Origin: Candidatus Krumholzibacteriota bacterium
Lineage (GTDB): Bacteria; Krumholzibacteriota; Krumholzibacteriia; JAJRXK01
Length of the DNA: 64,000 nucleotides
Reading direction: 5' to 3'
NCBI GenBank assembly: GCA_963764625.1
Contig: CAVXTH010000001.1
Coordinates: forward strand, 64,001-128,000
How positions within the stretch are numbered: position 1 is the stretch's first letter; every line of letters begins with the position of its first letter. The translations under genes and the position numbers were made by a program. This document shows, piece after piece, positions 37,588-46,640 of this stretch. The notes beneath the pieces were generated by a model, which was not told the DNA's origin, did no database searches, and was given only the letters and a program-made list of their open reading frames with translations.

Positions 37588-40532
37588 TGGTAGCTCACCC
37601 CCAGAATCAGCCGGCGGGGATCGGTGCGATAGGAGGGATCGACGTAGTCCTCGACGTAGTCGGTGGTGGAGACGGTGCGCGGCGATCCGTTGAGGCGCTG
37701 ACTCGCGATGTCCCCGTCCCAATTGCCCCGAATGTATCCCTCACCCGTCCAGGGATTCACGCGCCGGTAGTTGTCGTGGTTCAGAATATTCTGCGCCTCG
37801 AGATAGATCGTCACCCGGCGCTTCTCATCCAGATGATAGAACTTGCTGAGCTTCACATCGAGCGAGCTGCGGTAAGGCCCTAACATTCCGTAGGTGTCCG
37901 GCGAATTCTGCACGCTTCCGTTCTCGGTGAGAACGCGTTCGGTATAGCGTTGACCCGCCCACGCGCGCATGAGCACGTTGGCGCTCCAGTTCCTGGGAAC
38001 CGCCCATCCCAAAAGCTCGGGCGAATGCTTGTCACCGACGTAGAAATCGAGGTTCAGGGTGGCGGACCAGGGACGATCCCACAAGAGCGGTACGTTGCGG
38101 ATGCCCTGCTCGGTCTGGAAGTCGGGATTGCCCTGCCCCAGCTCGGCGCTCAGGAAGGTGGCGTTCGCGTCGCTATTGCTTCCAGTGGTTCTCTGTAGTT
38201 CGAAGGTAAAGCTCCCGCTGAGATAACGCGTGGTGCGCTTCACGATCGACAATTCCATTCCGATGGAGCGGGCCGCATCCGCATTGAAGTAACGGATGGG
38301 GTTCACTACCACCGCCACCTTGTCGTTGGGATCGGGCGTATCCTGAGGATCGATCACGACCTGGTCGAGCGCCACGCTCTGCGCATATCCGTAAATGTCG
38401 TTGCTGTAGAAGGTGACACCGGCGCTCCAGAGATTTTCGAATTCGTGCTGAATTCCGGCTTCGTACTGCACCGTAACTTTGGGATCGAGATCGGGATTTC
38501 CCAAGAGTTGCAAGTCGGTGGCGAAGTTCGTCTGTAACTGGGCGTACACGTAGTTGTAGCGGGGCCATTGGTTGAAGTGGCCGTAATTGAAGAAGAACTT
38601 GTCGTGCGGGGAGACGGGGAAGCTCACCCCGACGCGTGGACTCAGGCGGGCCTTCCAGCGCACCCCAAAAGCGCTCATCGTCTTCGAGCGATAGTTATCG
38701 GCCATCTCGGGAAAGATGAAGACGTAGTCGCCGCTATTTTCCATGACCTGGTCTACTTCTTTCCCGGGAGCCCAGGCGTCGAGTCGTCCTCCCAGGTTGA
38801 GAATGAGACCTTTGTAGCTGAGACGATCCTGCACGTATCCCGCGAACACTTGCGGATGAACTCGAAAGATGTCCTGACTGCGCGCCAGAAATCCCGGCGG
38901 CGGACTCCCCAGTGACCCGTTCAGGTCGATGAGCTGCATCTCGCTGTGAGTGTACTCGAAACCGGTCTTGAAGCGGCTGTTGTCCCCCGCGAGCCACGCG
39001 TAATCGGCCTTGGCCACGTACGATTCCGAGTAGTGGTCGTGCCAGCGGTCGGCATCGCCCCCCACGTGCGCCCCCGCGATGTAGGAGGGACATCCGTCGC
39101 ACGGGGATTCGTGAAGATTGACCTCGGGTCCTTCGTAGGTGGAAAAGTCGTCGTTGCGGTTCTTGTTGGTGTGCTGTCGCGAGAACTGCCGCCCCAGGGT
39201 GACGTCGTAGAATGCGTTCTTCCCGTTGACGTGGTGCCAGTTGAGCTGGGTGAGGATGTTCTGAGTGGTGGTGACGTCGTAGTTGTAGAGAATGTTCTGG
39301 TACTTCTTGGGGAAGCCTTCGCCCGCGAGCAGATACCCGAGTCCCACCGTCGCCTGATTGCTGTAGGTGAGATTGATCTTGCTCAGAGGCGAGAAGGCCC
39401 AGGTCCATTTCGCCAGGCCACTCCACTTGTTGTCGGCTCGAGGCGACCAGAAGGCGCTCTTGAGAATGGGCGAAAGCACGCCCTTGGTCTGATTCTGGTC
39501 GGGATACTGTGACACCGAAGCAGGATCGGGATTGCGAAGTGACTCGGTGGGAAGATAGGTGTCGCTGATATCCCCGGTGAGACTGACGATGAAATACTGC
39601 TTTCCCGGCAGATTGAGCTTGTTCCAGGGCACTACCGGACCCGACAGCGTGAGCCGTGCCATGTCCTTGTCGTAGCGGTACGAGCTGGGCGCGACCGCGT
39701 CGCTGCGGTAGGTGGCTTTACCCTCGAACTCCTCACCGCCTTCCTTCGTCGAGACGTTCACCACGCCGCTGACCGCCTGACCGTACTCCGCCGAGAATCC
39801 ACCGGTGAGGACTTCGACTTCGTTGATGAGGTCGGTGTTCACGCCGAGTCCGTAGGAGCCGGCGCCCAAGGGGTCTTTCACCGCGACGCCATCCAGCCGG
39901 AATTGCGTGTCGTCTTCACGCCCACCGCGGATGTGGATCGCGTTGTCCTGCACCGTTACGCCGGCCTGCAGCGCCACCGCGTCGACCAGGTTATCCAGGG
40001 GGAGCGCATCGATGTCGCTGCCGCTGAGCCGCCGGGCGGTGCCGGTCTCGGTCACCACGAGGAGTTTGCGCTGCGCCAGCACATCGTAGGGGGCGAAGAC
40101 CTCGGCGTGCGGCTCCAACCAGAAATTGATCTCGACCTCATCGCCGGGCAGAAGACTGAGCGTCACCTCTCCCACCCCGTAGGTGATGTAGCTGGCGCGA
40201 ATGGTATAGGTTCCGGGCTCCAGCCCGCGCAGCCAGAACTGACCGTTGTTCAGGGAGAGGGTTCCCCTGCCGGTGTCCATCACGAAGATGTTCGTATAGC
40301 TCAGAGGTACGTTGCGATCTTTCGCGAATACGCGCCCCTTGATGACGATGGGGAGATTCGGGTTTCGCTTGGCCTCGTCTTCATAACGATGGAGGTACCG
40401 GTACCCGGTGACTTTCTCTCCGATGTCTCCGGTGACCTTTCCGATCTGCTCATCCTGCGAACGAGCGAGAGACGGGAGGAACACGAGGGCCAGGGCAAGG
40501 ACCGCGATTCGTCTCGGCGGGGAAAGCTTCAC
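37581..40532 (-). CDS. TonB-dependent receptor
   Basis: Carboxypeptidase-regulatory-like N-domain, HIRGGR plug, TGGFSAEYGQAVSGVVN, LSPRVG, GNPDLDP, C-terminal PRRLILGVSYQW. Confidence 0.93.
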   Translation of the reverse strand: MKLSPPRRIAVLALALVFLPSLARSQDEQIGKVTGDIGEKVTGYRYLHRYEDEAKRNPNLPIVIKGRVFAKDRNVPLSYTNIFVMDTGRGTLSLNNGQFWLRGLEPGTYTIRASYITYGVGEVTLSLLPGDEVEINFWLEPHAEVFAPYDVLAQRKLLVVTETGTARRLSGSDIDALPLDNLVDAVALQAGVTVQDNAIHIRGGREDDTQFRLDGVAVKDPLGAGSYGLGVNTDLINEVEVLTGGFSAEYGQAVSGVVNVSTKEGGEEFEGKATYRSDAVAPSSYRYDKDMARLTLSGPVVPWNKLNLPGKQYFIVSLTGDISDTYLPTESLRNPDPASVSQYPDQNQTKGVLSPILKSAFWSPRADNKWSGLAKWTWAFSPLSKINLTYSNQATVGLGYLLAGEGFPKKYQNILYNYDVTTTQNILTQLNWHHVNGKNAFYDVTLGRQFSRQHTNKNRNDDFSTYEGPEVNLHESPCDGCPSYIAGAHVGGDADRWHDHYSESYVAKADYAWLAGDNSRFKTGFEYTHSEMQLIDLNGSLGSPPPGFLARSQDIFRVHPQVFAGYVQDRLSYKGLILNLGGRLDAWAPGKEVDQVMENSGDYVFIFPEMADNYRSKTMSAFGVRWKARLSPRVGVSFPVSPHDKFFFNYGHFNQWPRYNYVYAQLQTNFATDLQLLGNPDLDPKVTVQYEAGIQHEFENLWSAGVTFYSNDIYGYAQSVALDQVVIDPQDTPDPNDKVAVVVNPIRYFNADAARSIGMELSIVKRTTRYLSGSFTFELQRTTGSNSDANATFLSAELGQGNPDFQTEQGIRNVPLLWDRPWSATLNLDFYVGDKHSPELLGWAVPRNWSANVLMRAWAGQRYTERVLTENGSVQNSPDTYGMLGPYRSSLDVKLSKFYHLDEKRRVTIYLEAQNILNHDNYRRVNPWTGEGYIRGNWDGDIASQRLNGSPRTVSTTDYVEDYVDPSYRTDPRRLILGVSYQW

Positions 40533-42079
40533 GGCTTCCCCCCGCTGGGCAGTGTCACCGGGTGGCCGAGCTCATCCTGGAGAATGATCCCGAGGGCTTC
40601 GATCGCATTTCCGAGCGCGTTGCAGTACTCCAGCTGGAAGCCCAGGGTGACCGCATTCGCGGTTCCCGTGTCCGGTCTTCGCACGGCCACGAGCGGACTG
40701 GAGGGTCGGCGGTCGTGAAGGTAATCGTAGTTCTCGAAGCGATAGAGTTCGGCCGTTCCCGCGGTCATCACGAAGCCGTAGATTCCGAAGAAGAAGCCGG
40801 TTCCGTCCAGATAGTTGCGGCCGATCGACGCCATGGCCGGCAGGCCCGCGCTTTGCGGTTCGACGTCGAGCGCGCCGCCCAGGCCGGATAGATCCTGCGA
40901 GGTGATGCGGAAGTTCGAGCGCGGATCCGGGTTCTTCTCGAGCCCCAACACCTGGGAACGGAAAGTGGTGGAGAGGTTGGAGCTCGCGCCGACCGCGGCC
41001 TGGGTCTCCAGGAAGAGGTGTCCCGATTGGGTTCCGGGCGTGTCGGGATCGAGATCCTTCGAGAGGTAGTCCTGCAGGATTCCCTGCACGCGCACCAGAT
41101 TCGGGCTCTCCGAGTTTCCCGTATACCACACGAGCCATTGGAACTGCTCGAGGGTGAGACGGATGTCGTCGTCGCGGTCGGGAGCGCCATCGGAGATGTC
41201 CCACACGCTGTGTTGTCCGGGAAGAAGTTGATCGAGAGCGTCCCGATAGAAGGTATCGCGGCTGGCCAAGGATACCGTGTTCGGGGCGTCGTCTATCAGG
41301 AGCACGTCCCCGATGGCCGGGTATACCTTCCAGGTATGGGAGAGCTCGGCCAAACCACCCGCCTCGTCTGCGATGCGCACGTAGAGCGTTTGATCGAAAT
41401 CCTGCGCAGGATCGCCCTGGGGTATGTCGCGCAGCACCAGCGAAAAGCGCGTCGGCGGTCGCGCCTCGCGCACCCATCCCTTGGTGGGATCGGCCAAAGG
41501 ATCGCCAATGCCGTACACCGAGTCGGGGTCGCTGCCCTCGAATCGATATTCGATCCATGGCAACAGAGTGGAGTCGCCGTCGAGATCGAAGCCAAAGAAT
41601 TCGAAGGAGGCCGCTCCGAAACTCGTCTTCACGGGAGTGAAATTGTCGGCGAATTCCAGAAGGGGAGGAAAGTTCACCAGGGGAATCGTGACCGAGACCG
41701 TATCACTCAGAGCGGCGCGGTCGTCCTGTGCCACCACGGACAGAGTGGGAAATGCGCGACCGCTTTCGTCGGTGGAGTAGGTCGCGGTGGTCTCTTCGCT
41801 GGTCGTGAACATCCAGTTGTTCGAGGACTGCCCCTGCACGGTGATGTTGACGTAGTACCCGGTGATGAATCCGTCGCTGTCGGTCCCCGACCAGTGGAAG
41901 GTCGCCTGGTTGTAGGTCGTGGGCTGCAGACTGTCCGGGTTGGCGGGAAGAATCCAGATCGAGGCCACGGGCGGGGCGTTCTTCCAGCTCGTCGGATCGA
42001 AGGGCTCGTTGGAACAGGCCGCGATCAGCGCGGCGAAGGCAAAGAGCCAGGGAAGCAGCTTTGGGAATGGTCTCGACAT
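40529..42079 (-). CDS. Hypothetical lipoprotein
   Basis: Lipobox IAAC; FHWSGTDSDG Ig-like part; VLLIDD..LVWYTG C-terminal domain. Confidence 0.82.
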   Translation of the reverse strand: MSRPFPKLLPWLFAFAALIAACSNEPFDPTSWKNAPPVASIWILPANPDSLQPTTYNQATFHWSGTDSDGFITGYYVNITVQGQSSNNWMFTTSEETTATYSTDESGRAFPTLSVVAQDDRAALSDTVSVTIPLVNFPPLLEFADNFTPVKTSFGAASFEFFGFDLDGDSTLLPWIEYRFEGSDPDSVYGIGDPLADPTKGWVREARPPTRFSLVLRDIPQGDPAQDFDQTLYVRIADEAGGLAELSHTWKVYPAIGDVLLIDDAPNTVSLASRDTFYRDALDQLLPGQHSVWDISDGAPDRDDDIRLTLEQFQWLVWYTGNSESPNLVRVQGILQDYLSKDLDPDTPGTQSGHLFLETQAAVGASSNLSTTFRSQVLGLEKNPDPRSNFRITSQDLSGLGGALDVEPQSAGLPAMASIGRNYLDGTGFFFGIYGFVMTAGTAELYRFENYDYLHDRRPSSPLVAVRRPDTGTANAVTLGFQLEYCNALGNAIEALGIILQDELGHPVTLPSGGKP

Positions 42080-42242
42080 CGCGATCCAAGTACGCCTTCC
42101 GAACCCGTACAGCTCGAAGATGCGCGGGGCTTCAGTCTACTCCGTAGCCGACGGTGGGAGTCGGCGGGGTGATGGAGTTTACACCCGTTTTTGCGCTGCT
42201 GGCTACAGGCGAAGCCCTCTTCCCCGTGCTAGATTGGCGGGC

Positions 42243-42917
42243 ATGGATTCCTCGTCCTCCTTCTCGGTTTCGGCCGGCGCACGCGCCACCCAACGCGTGC
42301 TCGGGGTGGTGCGCTTGCGCGCGCGGACCAGCGCCATCTGGCGCCGCACCGCCCTGGAAGATCTGCCGACTCTGCTCGAAGACCACTGTCAGTGCGAGCT
42401 CAAGGCGGCCGCCAACGCGCTGTCGCTCATCGGGCGAAATCCCGCAAAAAATGTACTGGTGGATCGTATGCAACGTCTGGCCAAGGAAGAGTTGCAACAC
42501 TATCAGCTCCTGCGCGAGTGCCTCGGCGCGCGCGCCATCGTCCCACGGAACCCCCAGCGCTCTCCCTACATGAGCGGCCTGCACGCGGCCCATCGCCAGG
42601 GGATCCCCGCTCTTTTGGGCTCGCTTCTGGTTTCGGCCCTGGTGGAGGCCCGCTCCTGCGAACGCTTCGCCGCTCTGGAGGAGGACCTGCGGGAGGCGCC
42701 CGGAATCACAGAAAGGGAAAATTTAGCGCAAATGTATGGAAATCTGGCCCGCTCCGAAAGCGGCCATGCCGCCACCTTCATCGAACTGGCAAAGCTTTAC
42801 TTCGAAGCGGAGTTGGTGGAGGAGGAACTGGAGCGCCGCCTACGCCACGAAGCGACGCTCTTGGCCGAAATTCCCCTGAACGCGCGCATGCACGGGGGCA
42901 ACGGGGAGTCGGCCTAG
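42243..42917 (+). CDS. miaE: tRNA ms2i6A hydroxylase MiaE family
   Basis: DHCQCELKAA, LAKEELQH, ALVEARSCERF, LARSESGH, RMHG; start uncertain. Confidence 0.88.
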   Translation: MDSSSSFSVSAGARATQRVLGVVRLRARTSAIWRRTALEDLPTLLEDHCQCELKAAANALSLIGRNPAKNVLVDRMQRLAKEELQHYQLLRECLGARAIVPRNPQRSPYMSGLHAAHRQGIPALLGSLLVSALVEARSCERFAALEEDLREAPGITERENLAQMYGNLARSESGHAATFIELAKLYFEAELVEEELERRLRHEATLLAEIPLNARMHGGNGESA

Positions 42918-42951
42918 AGGCTCGAAGAGCGCGCAGAAGGACGGCTTCGAA

Positions 42952-43308
42952 CTACTCACGCTCGCGCCACACCACCACCCCGGCCGAGTTCGCGGTCCGC
43001 AGGGCCGCGGGTTTGATCGCGCGGACACGGACCGACTGAACCCGGGTGTTCTCCAGGCAGATTCCCGCCACGTCCCAGGCCACCGCTTCCAGAGTGAGAC
43101 GTTTGGCGGAGATCACTCGTTTTTCGACGGAGCTGGCGAGCTTTTCGTAGTCGACGGTGGCTTTCAAATCGTCGTGGCGTCCCGCGTCCTCGAGATCCAC
43201 CGTGAGCTGGAGATCGAGCACGATCTCCTGGGGAAATTCGCGCTCGTGGTCCTTCACCCCGACGATGCCGCGGACCCGTAAACCCTCGATATGAATGAGA
43301 TCAGGCAT
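42952..43308 (-). CDS. folB: Dihydroneopterin aldolase
   Basis: GIVGVKDHER..Q, TVDYE, TLEAVA, IKPAA. Confidence 0.9.
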   Translation of the reverse strand: MPDLIHIEGLRVRGIVGVKDHEREFPQEIVLDLQLTVDLEDAGRHDDLKATVDYEKLASSVEKRVISAKRLTLEAVAWDVAGICLENTRVQSVRVRAIKPAALRTANSAGVVVWRERE

Positions 43309-43326
43309 TGGGCGCCCTTGCCCGTT

Positions 43327-44109
43327 CTAACCGCCGAAGAAGCTATAGCCCACCGAAATGACCCCATTCCACCCGCTGAAATCCCACCCGACGGTTCCCA
43401 GCGGCAGTTGCTGGGAATCGGAGGTGCCGTTGATCGTCGTCTCGGTGGTGGTGCCGGTGGGATTTCCCATGTCGAGGTAGCGATAGCCGCCGCGGAAGGT
43501 CACTTTCGTGCCGGCCACGAAATCGAAATGATAGCCGACGTAGCCCTGCGCGCTCACGCTCGAGCCGGTCCAAACCCCGTGGTAATGGGTGTCCGAATCG
43601 GGATTGAGTTCGCTGACGATGTCGACGACCTCGTTCATGTCACACCACCCGTACCCCAAACCGCCACCAAAGAAGATCCCTTTGTCCAGCGGGGGGTACC
43701 AGGTGAGGTTGAACGTGACGTCCTGCATTTTGGCGTGGGTGTTTTCGAGGAAGCCCGTGAACTGGCCACGGGTTCCGGCGTAGGTGTTGTTGCGCAGACC
43801 TTGCGATTGGCGGTTGTACTCCACCGAGACCGCGAGACGATCCATCATTTGATAGGCCAGTCCGCCCCCCAAGCTTCCGGTGAGTCCGAAGATCTTGTAG
43901 TTGGCCAGAACGTAGCTATCGCGCAGAAAGCTCTCGTTCTGCTCGAGGGACTGATTGACGGAATCCAAGCTCATGTTCAGGCCGCCGGCCAGACCATATA
44001 AGGTTAGGCTTCCCTTGGCTGGAAGGGACTGGGCGGGGGCATCGGGGACATACAGAATCAGGCCGGTCAGCACCAGCGTCAGCCCGATCCACACTCGATT
44101 CGCTCTCAC
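43327..44109 (-). CDS. Outer-membrane beta-barrel protein
   Basis: AAGGAG RBS then GTG; signal peptide; FFGGGLGY, RGGYRY, terminal VGYSF. Confidence 0.75.
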   Translation of the reverse strand: MRANRVWIGLTLVLTGLILYVPDAPAQSLPAKGSLTLYGLAGGLNMSLDSVNQSLEQNESFLRDSYVLANYKIFGLTGSLGGGLAYQMMDRLAVSVEYNRQSQGLRNNTYAGTRGQFTGFLENTHAKMQDVTFNLTWYPPLDKGIFFGGGLGYGWCDMNEVVDIVSELNPDSDTHYHGVWTGSSVSAQGYVGYHFDFVAGTKVTFRGGYRYLDMGNPTGTTTETTINGTSDSQQLPLGTVGWDFSGWNGVISVGYSFFGG

Positions 44110-44274
44110 GGCTTCTCCTTCAGCGCGACTGCCAGCATCGCGGCTCCCTCGTTTGAGGTCGAGCCGCAGATAGAGGATGGTAGCACCCCCATAGGGTGGA
44201 GTCCACCGGCCGCAAAAGCAAGGGGCCGCCCAGGCCCCAAGCTTCGCAAGGAGTATTTTCAGCACGCAGAGCCC

Positions 44275-44904
44275 CTATTCCTCCGCATGCCGGTGGGTGG
44301 GGCCGTGGTCTCGGCCCCGTCGCGCCTTGTAGATCAGCCAGCCGCCGAAGTAGACCAACAGCAGCGGCCACCATTCCTCCATCCAGCTCAAGGACCAATC
44401 GAAACGGGTGTGGAGGAAGAGAACCAGCCCCAGGAACACCAGGACCAGGCCCCAGGGTACGCTGCCCCGGCTGGGCAACTCCAGATCACGCGGCAGCTCC
44501 TGATGCAGCGGCCGTCCCAGCAGAAACTGATTGTAGAGGGCGGCGCGCCGATAGGCATCGATGATGCCGAAGAACCACCAAAAGCCGAGGAAGATGGCCA
44601 GGAACGGCTCCAGGCCGTGGAAACCCTCCGACGCCAGGAGCGCGATCACGCCGGCGAACACCAGAGCCTGCACGAAGCCGCGCTGATAGTAGCCGACGTA
44701 GACGTTTCCGAGCCCGGGGATCATGGCCGAGAGAAAGGCGGCCCAGCCGGGAGCCTTCCGTCCGAGCGACGGATCCATCGCGGGAGGAGGGCCGGCCGGT
44801 GGCCACTGGCCACCGGGGTTCGCCGAGCGCGGAGGCGCCTCGGGGTTGCCGGGGGAAGAAGCATCGGGGCCGTAGCCGCTCTGATACTCGTGACTGTCAC
44901 TCAT
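44275..44904 (-). CDS. Membrane protein (TM2-like plus LiaF/DUF5668-like region)
   Basis: AAGGAG RBS, MSDSHE; AAFLSAMIPGLGNVYVG; WGLVLV..WWPLLL. Confidence 0.75.
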   Translation of the reverse strand: MSDSHEYQSGYGPDASSPGNPEAPPRSANPGGQWPPAGPPPAMDPSLGRKAPGWAAFLSAMIPGLGNVYVGYYQRGFVQALVFAGVIALLASEGFHGLEPFLAIFLGFWWFFGIIDAYRRAALYNQFLLGRPLHQELPRDLELPSRGSVPWGLVLVFLGLVLFLHTRFDWSLSWMEEWWPLLLVYFGGWLIYKARRGRDHGPTHRHAEE

Positions 44905-45783
44905 GGTTTGCTCCTTGCCTTGGGAGTGCGGGATTAGCGTTCGATCCCGTGCCCGTTGAATCCTCTTGCAATCGAGGGTGGCGCAACCCGCGCCAGAAAA
45001 GATGGAAACCTTCGTTGATATTTTGGAGGGCCGGCGCGACCGCGGAGTTCTTGCGACCCAGGACGAGGAAGCCAGAGTCTCGACTCCGCCCATCAACTCG
45101 CGCGCGCCGTACCAGGCCTCGCTCCGCGCACCGAAACGGTGCAGGATTCCGTTCTTGCCCGTACGAAGGCGCCGTCCCGCAGGAACGATCGTCCGGTCAA
45201 ACGCTTCGCCCGCCAGAGGTTGGAGATCTTGCGGGAAGGGAACCCCGGCCATGACTGCCTCCTGACCTTCCCCCTTGAGCCAACTCAAGCTGTGCTCCGC
45301 GACCGAGTGGAAAGGTGATAGCGGAGTTCCCACGAGCAGGAATGCGATCAAAGTGGCCACGTACGCGGCTTCCAGGGGAAACAGCGGACGCTGGAGAGCC
45401 CGACGCCAGCGCGCCTGCGCAGCGGCAAGAGCGGTGAGCGGGAGATCGAGCACGAGGCGTACGCGCTCGCGCAGGCGCAGCCGAAATCCTTGCATTCCCT
45501 GCGGCGCTCGGCTGGTGCGCGCGAAGATGGCGGCGGTGCATTCTTCGCCCGGGTCTTCCTCGACCATCGCGGGAAAGACCTCGTTCAGCCAGGCCAGGGC
45601 CTGCGCCATGCCGCGGCACTCGTCGCAGTGCTCCAGGTGGAGTTCGACCAATTCGCGCTCGGCCGCGCGTAATCCTCCCGCGTCGAAGGCCAGGAGCCTC
45701 TGCTGACAGCGGGCGCAGCTCTTTCCGGAGGTGGCGGCGAGGATGGCATCCGTCAACCGCTCGTCATCTCGCGAGCGATTCAT
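44897..45783 (-). CDS. Zinc-binding anti-sigma factor (frameshift near 45070)
   Basis: GGAGGG RBS, HLEHCDEC (HxxxCxxC), one TM helix; the alternative frame gives a protein-like tail ending at 44897. Confidence 0.7.
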
Positions 45784-46356
45784 GGTGTCCCTCCTGCCGC
45801 TTCGGGTCCGGCGTCTCATGCGTTGGATCTGTCCCGCTAAGGCCAGCCGCGCGCGGCTGCTGCGCGACTTCACCGTCCCCACCGGGAGGTCGAGCATGCT
45901 CGCGATCTCCTCGAAACTGAGGCCTTGAATGTCTTTCAGAAGCAGAATTTCGCGGTTGATCTCGCCCAGCTCGGCCAGCGCACGATGCACCAAGCGCTTG
46001 CGGGTCTGCAGAAACGCGACTTCGTCCGCGGCCAAACCGGGCGCGGCGAGTTCGTGCATCTCCTCGATGGGGATGTCTTGGGCGGGCGGGCGGGCTTTCT
46101 GACGGCGGAGGAAATCCCGGCAGGCATTGCGGCTGATCTGGAACATCCAACTCTCGAAGCGGTTGGCGTCCTCGCAGCGATCCAGATGCCGATAGATCTT
46201 CACGAAGATCTCCTGCGTCAAATCCCTCGCGTCGTCCTGGCTGCCCACGAAGTGGTAAGCGAATCCGCAGACGCGCGTTTGATAGCGGCGGACGAGGGCC
46301 TCCCATGCCATCTCATCACCATCTTGGCAATGCCGTAGCAGCTCAGAAAGATCCAT
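45784..46356 (-). CDS. ECF sigma-70 factor (no stop before the anti-sigma in this sequence)
   Basis: DARDLTQEIF, FESWMFQISRN, GLSFEEIA..GTVKSR. Confidence 0.9.
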
Positions 46357-46640
46357 GAGGTCTGTGTCTCGCCCTCGTTTCGAGGAACTCCGTCCGTCCC
46401 GGGTCCTTTGCGCTCACCCCTTTTGCCGCCTCATCTTCCCCCAGTTCTGAGGGGAGAGGAAGAGTCCATCGACCCTGGGCGTGGGGAGAATCCCTCCGAT
46501 CCTGTCACATAGAGAGAGACGCACGCCGGGGTCTCAGGGTTCGGTCCCTTGGGGAACGCCAGGAAGCAGTTCCCTCCCAGCCCGAATTTGCTACTCTTTG
46601 GACCTGGGCCCGACTGTTTTCACACCCGAAAAGGTCCCCC

